Positions 1 through 8,357 of a DNA stretch of 64,000 nt are shown in pieces. This DNA comes from an uncultured Chloroflexia bacterium (GTDB taxonomy: Bacteria; Chloroflexota; Limnocylindria; Limnocylindrales; CSP1-4). The notes under the pieces are model-generated. The model was not told where the DNA came from, made no database searches, and was given only the letters and a program-made list of their open reading frames with translations. The stretch covers positions 1 to 64,000 of the forward strand of contig CAVVYR010000014.1 of assembly GCA_963752475.1 (NCBI GenBank). The letters are read 5' to 3'. The first letter of the stretch is position 1; each line of letters starts with the position of its first letter. The position numbers and the translations under genes are program-made.

Positions 1-483
1 CGTTGGGGAACTGCTCCCACACGCCCAGCGAGAACAGGATGGCCGTGAGCCCCTCGTTGGGCCCTGTGCCGGTGAGGACGAAGTGCCAGCTCGCGTCGTC
101 CACCCCGTCGGTGTCTCATCGTCGATCTCGTGGTACCAGCCGGTCCACGTCGTGCCCTCGGGACCCTCGATGTCCACGGCCCCCCAGGCGACGCAGATGC
201 CGTCTGCGGAGCAGTCCTCGTTGTGGATCAGGTGCTGGGTCCCGTCCAGGCGGGGATCGCTGTAGGTGCTGTCCCAGGCGCCCGGGAGGTCGCGGATCGA
301 CTGCGTGAAACCCAACCCTGGCTGGGCGATGACGGCCATCCCCTCGAGCCGCAGATCTCCCCGGGTGAGGAGCTTCACCCATACGGGCGCATCCTCGAGG
401 TCCTGCCCTGCTGCCACGCCCCCGAGCCCGCCGAACAGCGCCAACATGACCGTCCCGACCAGCGACAGTCGCAGCGTACGCAT
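1..483 (-). CDS. Secreted protein, array paralog 1 (runs off window edge; probable frameshift near 105)
   Basis: Hand translation from ATG 483: MRTLRLSLVGTVMLALFGGLGGVAAGQD...YSDPRLDG...IEGPEGTTWTGW...LTGTGPNEGL. Signal peptide, purine-rich RBS, motifs shared with paralogs 2-4. Missing from the ORF track because there is no stop in the window. Confidence 0.75.
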   Translation of the reverse strand, partial: MRTLRLSLVGTVMLALFGGLGGVAAGQDLEDAPVWVKLLTRGDLRLEGMAVIAQPGLGFTQSIRDLPGAWDSTYSDPRLDGTQHLIHNEDCSADGICVAWGAVDIEGPEGTTWTGWYHEIDDETPTGWTTRAGTSSSPAQGPTRGSRPSCSRWACGSSSPT

Positions 484-934
484 GACATACCCCTCCCATG
501 CGCGGGCCGGGTCCGCCAGTGGCTCGGCGCGGTCCAGGCGGCCAGGGTGTGGGCCGTGCCTCATCGCCTCCCGCTGGCAACCATTGTCCGCCTGACGACA
601 AGGCCACTGGGCCTTCGAGGGTGGTGGATGCGCGTGCGGTGGTGGCGTTGTTTCGCGGCACCGTCGTGATGTCCGGGGGTGCCGCTCACGGTCACGCAGG
701 AGACATGCACCGTCGTGTCGGTGTCTATCCCTGTGTGCGATCTGGCTCGCGGCGCTGTTGTCAGCGTGCAGGAACCGCGATGATGTACCGACCGCAGACG
801 ACCAGTGGTCGATGGTGTCGGGGCAACGACGGCGTGGATCAGTCTGGCTTGCGGCGCTGAGCGCGGGGACTGGTCGGTCGCCGCGAACATCCTCCGCCTT
901 CTTCCGCGCCGCAGGCAGCCGAGACGGCGCGGAT
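484..934. repeat. Conserved intergenic array unit 1
   Basis: Aligns by eye with 2827-3280, 3800-4154 (ends only) and 4762-5203. Confidence 0.9.
502..574 (-). ncRNA. c-di-GMP-II-like riboswitch aptamer, copy 1
   Basis: GCGGG-AGGC-GAUGA-GGCACGGCCC-ACACCCUGG-CCGCC-U-GGACCGCGCC-GA-GCC-ACU-GGCGG-ACCCGG-CCCGC gives P1, P2, kink-turn GA/GA, P3 and a CCGCC/GGCGG pseudoknot; ends 18 nt before the ATG. Confidence 0.7.
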
Positions 935-945
935 GCTTCTATGTC

Positions 946-951
946 TGTCAA
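946..951 (-). promoter_or_regulatory. TTGACA -35 box at IS110 end (circle-junction promoter)
   Basis: Perfect TTGACA 11 nt from the core; circularisation gives TTGACA-16nt-GAGACT upstream of the ncRNA and transposase. Confidence 0.6.
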
Positions 952-1993
952 GCCGCTTGGGCGCAGTCCTCGAGGAGCCGGAAGAGCCGCCGTGCGACGA
1001 ACCGCTTGAGACAGCGCTTGATCTCCCGGTCGCTCCGGCCCTCCGCTCGGCGACGCGCGGCATAGGCCCGGGTCTCCGGATCGTGGGGTGAGTCCCGAGA
1101 GCACGATCGTGTGCAGCGCTCGGTTGAGCTGACGGTCGCCGGCGCGGTTGAGTCGATGGCGGACCGCGGCCCGACGAGGCGGGGATGGGCGCCACGCCCG
1201 CGAGCATCGCGAAGGCCGCCTCGGAACGGATGCGACCGGCATGGGACCAGGCGTTTAGGATGGCCGCCGCGGTGATGACCCCGACGCCGGGCTCGGCCAG
1301 GAGCTCGGGTCGCTCCTGCTGCACGATGACCTCGAGCGCCGCCTCCAGGTCGGCCGCTTCGGCCTCGCAGGCGAGGGCCCGCCGCGCCGTGGAGCGCAGG
1401 GCAGAGATCGTCGCGCGGTGTTCGACCGACTGTGCGTGACCGATGCGCAGCCGCGCACAACGGAGGACCAGCGCGTGGGTGCCCAGGTGGCGAAACCGGC
1501 CGCGGAGGGCCTCGGGTGCGTTGACCACGAGCGCCTGGAGCGCGGAGACCGCCCGCGTCCGCTCGACCACCGCAGCCTGGCGCGTCGCGAGCAGCACGCG
1601 CAGGGCCTCCGGCCGCCACGTCGCCGTGGCTGGGCGAGGTACTCGCGTAGAGCGCCTCGCGGGCAGCGCGGATCGCGTCGAGCTCGTCGCTCTTGGCGCC
1701 GTTGCGACGGGCGGGTCGCCTCGGGCGGTCGATCTCGACGACCCACTCGCCCTGCTCGAGCAGGTAGGTCGTGAGCCCGGCACCGAAACTGCCCGTGCCC
1801 TCGACCGCCCAGACCCGACGGTCAGGGGCACGTCGACGAGCGAAGGCCAGGACGCGCTTGGCGCCGAAGGCGTCCGAGGGACCGCCAGATGGGCCATGGC
1901 ACCACCGGTCGGGGTCACGACCGCGGCGGTGTGCGAGGCCTTGTGGGTGTCGACCCCGATGACGGCGTCGATCCGGTCTGCGAGCATGGTCAT
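948..1993 (-). CDS. IS110 DEDD transposase/recombinase (several frameshifts)
   Basis: MTMLADRIDAVIGVDTHK, WAVEGTGSFG, KSDELDA, PGVGVITAA, FAMLAGVAPIPASSG and CLKRFVARRLFRLL are spread over three frames; RBS GGAGG before ATG 1993. Confidence 0.88.
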
Positions 1994-2039
1994 GGTTGCC
2001 CTCCTGTGAGACGGTGTGGTGACCGTGGTCGGCGTCGGG

Positions 2040-2260
2040 CTGGGCCATGTCATCCGGGCTGGCAGGACTGTGATGGGTCACACCCCTGACGGGGTGGACA
2101 GGCTTCTGATCAGGCCAACGCCTCGGCGTCCCAGGCCGGCGTCGACAGCGAACGGGCAGACGGATCCGCGCAAGGGCATCCCGAAGCCATGCTGCGAGAG
2201 CCAATGGGGTTACGAGTCATGCCTGTCCACTGTCGCCGCCAGTCTGGGCCCCCGCGATGG
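2040..2260 (-). ncRNA. Putative IS110 bridge RNA (ends approximate)
   Basis: Non-coding IS end containing matches to the left target (2204-2213), right target (2164-2171), left donor (2102-2107) and right donor (2067-2073), in the expected order and orientation. Confidence 0.8.
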
Positions 2261-2285
2261 GGAGGACACCAGTCTCACAATGGGG

Positions 2286-2826
2286 TTACTCGGCGGGTGG
2301 CTCCCCGTCCGTCGTGCCTGGGATATCGCCTACGTAGATGACCCCATGGGTCTCGAGCTCGTTCGTGTCGTACAGGTCCTGCTTGACGTGGATGAGGTAC
2401 GCGAGTCCGTCGTATCCGCCCTCGCCCTCAAGGAACCCGAGGACCTTCCAGCCCATCGTGCGTTCGTAGCCACCACGCCACTCCCCGGACCAGCGGCCAT
2501 CGTCGTTCACCAGTTCCACCGGACCGGAGGTGATGGTGACGGAGCCGGGGAACTGTATTGGACTGACCCAGCATCGAGAGCGTGCCGTCCACGCGAGGGT
2601 CGGAGGCGTTGGCCAGGAACTTCCATCGCAGACCCTCGGTCCGCTGGACCCCGCGTTCGAGCGAGACGGTCGGTGCCTCGCCATGGTCGATCCACACGAT
2701 GCTGCCGGTGACGGCGTCGGCTCGGGCCAGAGTTCGAGTCTCGTCCTGCGCCACGACCGCGCTCACGAACCCACTGAGCAACGCCAAGGTGAAGACCGCG
2801 GTCAAAGACAGTCGCAAGGTACGCAT
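2286..2826 (-). CDS. Secreted protein, array paralog 2 (one frameshift near 2550)
   Basis: MRTLRLSLTAVFTLALLSG...ASDPRVDG joined to ...LVNDDGRWSGEW...LEGEGGYDGL...GVIYVGDIPG...PPAE*. Confidence 0.8.
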
Positions 2827-3280
2827 CTGCTCCCCCTCAAGCGCGGGCCGGGTTCGCCAGTGGCTCAGCGCGGTCCAGGCGGCCATAATCACGGGCCGCG
2901 CTTCATCGCCTCACGCTAGGGACCATTGTCCGCCTCGCGACAAGGCCACGGGGCGTTCGAGGGCGGTCGGAGGCGCTGTTTCGCGGCACCGTCTTTCCGT
3001 CGGTGTGGGTGCCGCTCACGCCGGCGCAAGGCACCGTCGCGTCTATCGCTGTGTGGATCTGGCTCGCGGCGCTGTCTCAGCGTGCAGGAACTGCCGGATC
3101 ACGCGAGGACACGACCGCAGACGACCAGTGGCTCGATGGTGTCGGAGTGGATGGCTGTATGGGTCGATCAGGCTCGCGGCACCGTAGGGCGGGGGGGTGG
3201 ACGCATCCTGGGCTGGTCGGCTGCCGCGAGCGTCCTCCGCCTTCTTCAGCGCCGCAGGCAGCCGAGGCGGCGCAGTGGGG
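2827..3280. repeat. Conserved intergenic array unit 2
   Basis: 2812-3185 is near-identical to 4747-5120. Confidence 0.92.
2843..2916 (-). ncRNA. c-di-GMP-II-like riboswitch aptamer, copy 2
   Basis: Same architecture; P3 AGCGCGG/CCGCGCU covaries relative to copy 1. Confidence 0.7.
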
Positions 3281-3799
3281 CTACTCGGCGGACGGTTCCA
3301 CCGGGTCAGGCAGGGGGGTCGCTCGCCTTCGAAGATCTTGGCCCTCGCATCCTTCAGACGTACATTGGAGGACGGCGACGAGTCCTTCGTAGGCTCCCTC
3401 ACCGAAGTAGGTGTCCCAGCCGACACCACGCCCGTCCACATACTGCATCGTCGTGGCACCTCCGGTCCACGCACCGTCGGGTCCCTCGAGCCGAATCGTG
3501 GTCTGCCCCATGATGCCCCGGTCGCCCCCTTCGCCCGCATAGGAGTTGAAGTTCATGATGCTGTGCTTCACCGCTGGGAGCCGGGGGTCACTCCACTCGT
3601 AGGTCTCGGTGATGAGCATGCCCCGTCCGTAGTTGACGTCACCCTCGCTCGTGAACTCCATCTGCGAGTCGTCCCAGACCGATCGATGACCGTGCCTGGG
3701 GTGACAGGGTTCTACGGCCTCGGACTGGGCCGCAGCACCAAGACTGCCGACCAACATCAGGCTGACCGCTCCAACCATGGCTAGTCGCAACGCACGCAT
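3281..3799 (-). CDS. Secreted protein, array paralog 3
   Basis: MRALRLAMVGAVSLMLVGSLGAAAQ...WSDPRLP...LEGPDGAWTG...FGEGAYEGL...LPDPVEPSAE*. Confidence 0.82.
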   Translation of the reverse strand: MRALRLAMVGAVSLMLVGSLGAAAQSEAVEPCHPRHGHRSVWDDSQMEFTSEGDVNYGRGMLITETYEWSDPRLPAVKHSIMNFNSYAGEGGDRGIMGQTTIRLEGPDGAWTGGATTMQYVDGRGVGWDTYFGEGAYEGLVAVLQCTSEGCEGQDLRRRATPLPDPVEPSAE

Positions 3800-4154
3800 G
3801 TATGACCCCCCTTCACTCACGCGGACCGGGTTCGCCAGTGGCTCGGCGCGGCCCAGGCGGCCAGTGCTGGGGCCGAGCGTCGTCGCCTCCCGCTATCGAC
3901 CATTCTCCTCCCCGCGTCTATCGGCCACCTTGACGTGCTCGACGACGCCGTTCGAGGTCTGCGTGAGCGCCGCGACTACGGGTTGAGAGACAGGGGCAGA
4001 ACCCGTCGTACAGGGGTCTGTCGGTGTATGGGGCTGGCTCGCGGCGCTGAGCGTGGGGCCTGCTCGGAGCGCGGATGCACCGCTGGCTGGTCGGTCGCCG
4101 CGAACGTCCTCCGCCTTCTTCAGCGCCGCAGGCAGCCGAGGCGGCGCGATGGGG
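3800..4154. repeat. Array unit 3 (conserved ends, different middle)
   Basis: Leader 3821-3905 and 3' element ~4030-4157 match the other units; ~3910-4025 does not. Confidence 0.85.
3821..3893 (-). ncRNA. c-di-GMP-II-like riboswitch aptamer, copy 3
   Basis: GCGGG-AGGC-GACGA...UGG-CCGCC-U...GA-GCC-ACU-GGCGA-ACCCGG-UCCGC. Confidence 0.65.
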
Positions 4155-4761
4155 CTACTCCTCGACGGGAGCCTCCGCCGCGACCTCCTCCGACGGCATC
4201 GCCCACGGCAGCTCGCCGAGCGGCGGGGGCGGGACGCCCTCGTAGACGAGCCCGTTGAAGTCGAGCTCGCCCCCGAGCGGTCCCACACCATGCAGCAGGA
4301 ACGTGAAGCCCTCGTAAGCTCCGTGGCCGGTGAAGGTCTTGAGCAGGGTCATGAGCGACTGACCTCCCGGCTGCTCCGGGTGATGGGTGCCCCAGACCCA
4401 GCCGGTCCAGGAGCCATCGGGACCCGTCGATCTCCTCGGTGTTCCAGAAGACGCAGGTGTCGTCCGTCTCTCCGAAGCAGTCGTCCCCGAACGTACCGCG
4501 CAGGCTACCGCTGACGCGAGGGTCGCTGGCCTCGAATCACAGCCGTATCCATGCCCCTGAACCAGGAATGGCCATCTCCCTCATCGCCCCAGTGGTCTGG
4601 CTGTCGTCCTGCCAGCAGTTCGTCTCGATCACGGACGCCACCCAGGCGAAGTCAGGACCGGTCCCGATCTCCTGCTCCGGCTGGGCTACGACGCTCGCAG
4701 CCGATGTGACAACCAAGGCTGCAATGGCCGTTGCCACCAGGGACATTCGCAAGGTACGCAT
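4155..4761 (-). CDS. Secreted protein, array paralog 4 (frameshifted)
   Basis: MRTLRMSLVATAIAALVV... / FEASDPRVSG...PDGSWTGW / FTGHGAYEGF...GLVYEGVPPP...PVEE* across frames. Confidence 0.75.
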
Positions 4762-5203
4762 CTGCTCCCCCTCATGCGCGGGCCGGGTTCGCCAGTGGCT
4801 CAGCGCGGTCCAGGCGGCCATGATCACGGGCCGCGCTTCATCGCCTCCCGCTAGGGACCATTGTCCGCCTCGCGACAAGGCCACGGGGCGTTCGAGGGCG
4901 GTCGGAGGCGCTGTTTCGCGGCACCGTCTTTCCGTCGGTGTGGGTGCCGCTCACGCCGGAGCAAGGCACCGTCGCGTCTATCGCTGTGTGGATCTGGCTC
5001 GCGGCGCTGTCTCAGCGTGCAGGAACTGCCGGGATCACGCCAGGACACGACCGCAGACGACCAGTGGTTCGATGGTGTCGGAGTGGTTGGCGGTATGGGT
5101 GATCATGCTCGCGGCACCGTCAGGCCGAGCGAGGGGCCTGGTCGTATCGTGGGCTGGTCGGTCGCCGCGACCATCCGCAGGCAGCAGAGGCGGCGGAACG
5201 GGG
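4762..5203. repeat. Conserved intergenic array unit 4
   Basis: Near-identical to unit 2; has a short deletion in the 3' element. Confidence 0.92.
4778..4851 (-). ncRNA. c-di-GMP-II-like riboswitch aptamer, copy 4
   Basis: Two substitutions relative to copy 2; intact P1 GCGGG/CCCGC. Confidence 0.7.
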
Positions 5204-5248
5204 TTACTCGGGCACCTCGACCGGGTCTGGGTACTCGGGCAGCACGCC
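5204..5248 (-). pseudogene. C-terminal remnant of a fifth array paralog
   Basis: Reads GVLPEYPDPVEVPE* followed by CCCC, matching the paralog 3 end LPDPVEPSAE*. Confidence 0.7.
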
Positions 5249-5250
5249 GG

Positions 5251-5580
5251 TCCGAGCAGCCGAGTTACTTCGAGGCCGACCTCGTGAAGATCAAGGGCCT
5301 GCTCCATGACTGGAAGATGTTGTGTAATAAGGCCACCCCAGAGGAGCGTCAGGACATCGTCGGGGCGTTCTTTGGCGAGGTCCGTGTGCGCGACAAGACC
5401 ATCGTGTCGGCCACGCTCGCTGACCCCGCATACGCGCCGCTCATCGCCAGTTCTGAGGCGCGGCGCCTGCGGCTGGTCACGCCAGCAGGCGACGAGGACG
5501 AACAGGTTGGGCTGGCGCCCCCGGACGGGCGCGGGGCGCTAACTGCCAAACCCGAGGAGAAGCTGGCGGCGTACCTGTAG
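5251..5580 (+). pseudogene. C-terminal fragment of a probable large serine recombinase
   Basis: LLHDWKMLCNKATPEERQDIVGAFFGEVRVRDKTI resembles recombinase C-termini; reads through a copy of the tRNA-Arg 3' end; no catalytic domain present. Confidence 0.55.
5509..5528. repeat. att-like 20-bp duplicate of the tRNA-Arg 3' end
   Basis: gggctggcgcccccggacgg is identical to 7937-7956. Confidence 0.85.
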
Positions 5581-5635
5581 GTCAACGGTATCTGGGCTGG
5601 GACTGCTGTTGATGGTTGGAGCCGTCGTGCTCGTG

Positions 5636-5758
5636 TCACCCCACCCGGCGACTCGATGAGTCTCTCGACTTGTCCCCCAGGTCACCCACGGCCGCCACGA
5701 GCTCGGTGAACGGTGCGCTGTCCCCTTCCTGGGCCATGACGACGAGCTGCCGATCCAC
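5636..5758 (-). pseudogene. Truncated ECF sigma factor N-terminus
   Basis: VDRQLVVMAQEGDSAPFTELVAA resembles the N-termini of both ECF sigmas in this window. Confidence 0.5.
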
Positions 5759-5900
5759 GGTTCGAGCCGGTCTCTCTGCGCGCCAGACACCTTGCGAGTC
5801 GCCCGAAACCCGAACTGGCCCAACGCCGACAACGAAGATGGAACCCGACTGCCTTGGAGCGGGCTCTATGGTTCGAGAGCGGCCAAGTGGGCCGCCGCTA

Positions 5901-6461
5901 GTGGAGACCCGATGCAGCGGACTCGTCGAACGGGCGATGGCGGGTGATCGGGACGCGTTCACGGAGCTGGGACGCGGCCAGATCGACCGGCTCTACGCCA
6001 TCGCACGGCTCATCCTCCGGGACGACGACCGGGCTCATGACGCCACCCAGGAGGCCCTCATCGGCGCCTGGCGTGACCTCGCGGGCCTGCGCGATCCCGA
6101 CAAGTTCGAGGCGTGGATCCGACGCCTGCTCGTCAACGCGTGCTATCGCGAAGCACGCAAGGAGAAGCGGCGCACGCGCGCGGAAAGCCAGGTTCGGCCC
6201 ATCGATACCGAGTCTGCCGACCCCGCACACGCGATCGCCGATCGTGACGAGCTCGCGCGCGTGTTCGTCACGCTCGAGCCCGACCAACGGGCGCTGATCG
6301 TTCTCCACTACTACCTGGGGCTGCCGATGCACGAGACCGCCCAGGCCCTGAGCCTGCCGGTCGGCACCGTCAAGTCCCGACTCAATCGCACCAAGATGCA
6401 GATGCGCGCCTCGCTCGAGGCGGACGCGCGGCTGCCATTGCAGGAAGGGGGTCCGGCATGA
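5901..6461 (+). CDS. ECF RNA polymerase sigma factor (start uncertain)
   Basis: AGDRDAFTEL, AHDATQEALIGAWRDL, FEAWIRRLLVN, LPVGTVKSRLNR. Confidence 0.92.
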   Translation: METRCSGLVERAMAGDRDAFTELGRGQIDRLYAIARLILRDDDRAHDATQEALIGAWRDLAGLRDPDKFEAWIRRLLVNACYREARKEKRRTRAESQVRPIDTESADPAHAIADRDELARVFVTLEPDQRALIVLHYYLGLPMHETAQALSLPVGTVKSRLNRTKMQMRASLEADARLPLQEGGPA

Positions 6462-7758
6462 GCGTCAACGACGCACCCGATGTCAACCTGGACCGTCTCC
6501 TGACCGACTGGCTCGAAGCGGACGCCGCCCCCCGGGCGCCCGAGAGCCTCGAGACTGCATTCGTCGAGGGTGTCGCGAGCACGCGACAGCGACCCGCATG
6601 GGCCACCACGGAAAGGTGGATCTCCATGGAAACCCGCGCCCAGCTCGGGGTCATGCCCCGCGTGCTCATCATCCTGCTCACTATCGCGCTCCTGGCCTCG
6701 GCGCCCTCGGCGGCTACGCCTCGGCAGCAACCTCGTCAAGGCCGAAGACGGTGGTGCGGACACTGTGCTCACCTACGCCTCGCCAGCCGGGCGTCATCTA
6801 CAGCATCCGACCGACGGGACCGGCGAGCCAGTCCGCCTGACGGGCGACGACGAGGTCGCCTTCACCTTCGCCTGGTCGCCCGACGGGACGCGCTTCGCCT
6901 ACGAGTCATGGCCCGACCCTAGGACGGCCCGGCCACGATCATGGTCCGGGACGCCGACGGCTCCGACCCCGTCGCGATCAGCGAGCCGTTCGAGGCGCCG
7001 ACCGGCGCGTCGCGCGGCCCTACCTGGCCTGGAGCCCCGATGGCTCGAGGGTCCTCTGCTGGGCCCCTGGGCTCGACGTCGTCGACGACGGACGGGGTGC
7101 GGCAACCCGGGCACGTTCTGCGGCCAGCGGATCTGGAGCGCGCCCAGCGACGGCAGCGAGCCGGCCCAGGTCATCGGTGATCCGGCACTCGATGCGCGCT
7201 CGCCACTGTGGACGCCGGATGGCGAGACCATCATCTTCGCCGGCTCGGAAGGCAACGGAGGTCGTCTACGGCATCTACCGCATGGACGCCGATGGCGCGA
7301 ACGTCGAGCGGATCGGCGACCTGGGCGGCAGCGAGTACGCCTTCGACCGACATGCCATCTCTCCCGATGGAACAACGTTGGCCGTGGTCCAGCGGCAACG
7401 GGCTGCACGACCTCTACCTCGTGGACCTCGCGACGGGTGAGGAGACGCTCATCGCCGGCTCGGATGGGGACGAGGTGGACCCGTACTGGTCCCCCGATGG
7501 CTCGATGATCGCCTTCACGGGCTTGGCGGCTTCAACGACCCAGCACAGGCGATGCTCTACGACGTGGCCTCGGGAGAGGTCATCTCGCTCGGCACCGAGC
7601 TCTACGTCAAGGGTTGGTCGCCGGACAGCCGCTCCATCGTCAGCGGTGAGAACGGAGTCGTGACCGTGGTGGATGTGACCGACCCGACGGCGCCGGTGGT
7701 GACCGAGGTCGAGGGCCTCACCGAAGCCTACGAGCCCGGCTACCAACCACTCCCCTGA
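6458..7758 (+). CDS. Putative anti-sigma factor with TM segment and TolB-like PD40 propeller (frameshifted)
   Basis: ATGA overlap with the sigma stop; hydrophobic segment; repeated WSPDG/WTPDG/ISPDG motifs across frames. Confidence 0.7.
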
Positions 7759-7940
7759 TACGTCCGTCCCATGGCCCTCCGAGCCCCGAGCTCGGAGGGC
7801 CACTTCATCATTGCCCGGTGGCTGGGGAGCGTTTCTGCGTTCGCTGCCCGATCGAGGCATACGGGCACAGCTGGCATGGTCGGGCGCCCATGCGGCGTCC
7901 CCTCATGCGCCCAGCAAACGATGGGCACGAACAGTCGGGC

Positions 7941-8016
7941 TGGCGCCCCCGGACGGATTCGAACCGCCGACGCGCACCTTAGGAGAGTGCCGCTCTATCC
8001 ACTGAGCTACGGGGGC
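7941..8016 (-). tRNA. tRNA-Arg(CCT)
   Basis: 76-nt cloverleaf GCCCCCGTAGCTCAGTGGATAGAGC...CTCCTAA...GGTTCGAATCC...GCCA. Confidence 0.97.
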
Positions 8017-8055
8017 GCAGCCCGAATCGTAACGCAACGTAGAATCAGCAGAACG

Positions 8056-8341
8056 ATGAGCGACACCGACCGCCTGACGCTGACCATCTATCGCCGCCCC
8101 GGCTGCCATCTGTGTGACGACGCCGAGCTGTTGCTGCGAGACGAGCTTGCCCAGCGCGCACGCGCCGGCCTCCCGTCGCTGGAGATCGAGCACATGGACA
8201 TCTCGACCGATCCGGAGCTCGAGGCTCGCTATCGCCGGCGCATCCCGGTGTTCGCGATCGGCGATGTCGAGAGTGGAGCTGGTGACCAACGGGCGCCAGG
8301 TCCGCGAGTTCCTCGAAGCTGCGACCGCGGACGCCACTTGA
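8056..8341 (+). CDS. Glutaredoxin-like protein (DUF836-like; frameshift near 3' end)
   Basis: LTIYRRPGCHLCDDA...DISTDPELEARY..RIPV. Confidence 0.8.
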
Positions 8342-8357
8342 CCCATTCGGCCCCGCC

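Larger units (their letters stand above)
935..2281 (-). mobile_element. IS110-family insertion sequence (~1.35 kb)
   Basis: IS110-type transposase; no terminal inverted repeats; AT(G) core at both junctions (933-935, 2280-2282); removing it restores the array motif TAACCCC-AT-CCGCGCCG. Confidence 0.9.

Noticed and set aside
575-610. Sigma-70 promoter at the conserved GGA(C/G)AATGG upstream of each aptamer
   Set aside because: Plausible -10 position but no consistently spaced -35, so not called as a feature.
2812-5120. Diversity-generating retroelement TR/VR pair
   Set aside because: No reverse transcriptase; the repeats are non-coding and their differences are not adenine-specific.
484-5203. 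CRISPR array
   Set aside because: Repeats are 350-450 bp and separated by whole genes; no cas genes in the window.
484-5203. Classical integron cassette array
   Set aside because: No RYYYAAC...GTTRRRY attC pattern seen, and each gene has its own leader. The only tyrosine recombinase is a housekeeping XerD 33 kb away.
2926-5287. Repeated ORFs in the spacers (MSASRQGHGAFEGG...; APPRLPAALKKAED...) and stop-codon readthrough
   Set aside because: Frames are broken by indels between copies, composition is not protein-like, and the stops are a mix of TAA and TAG.
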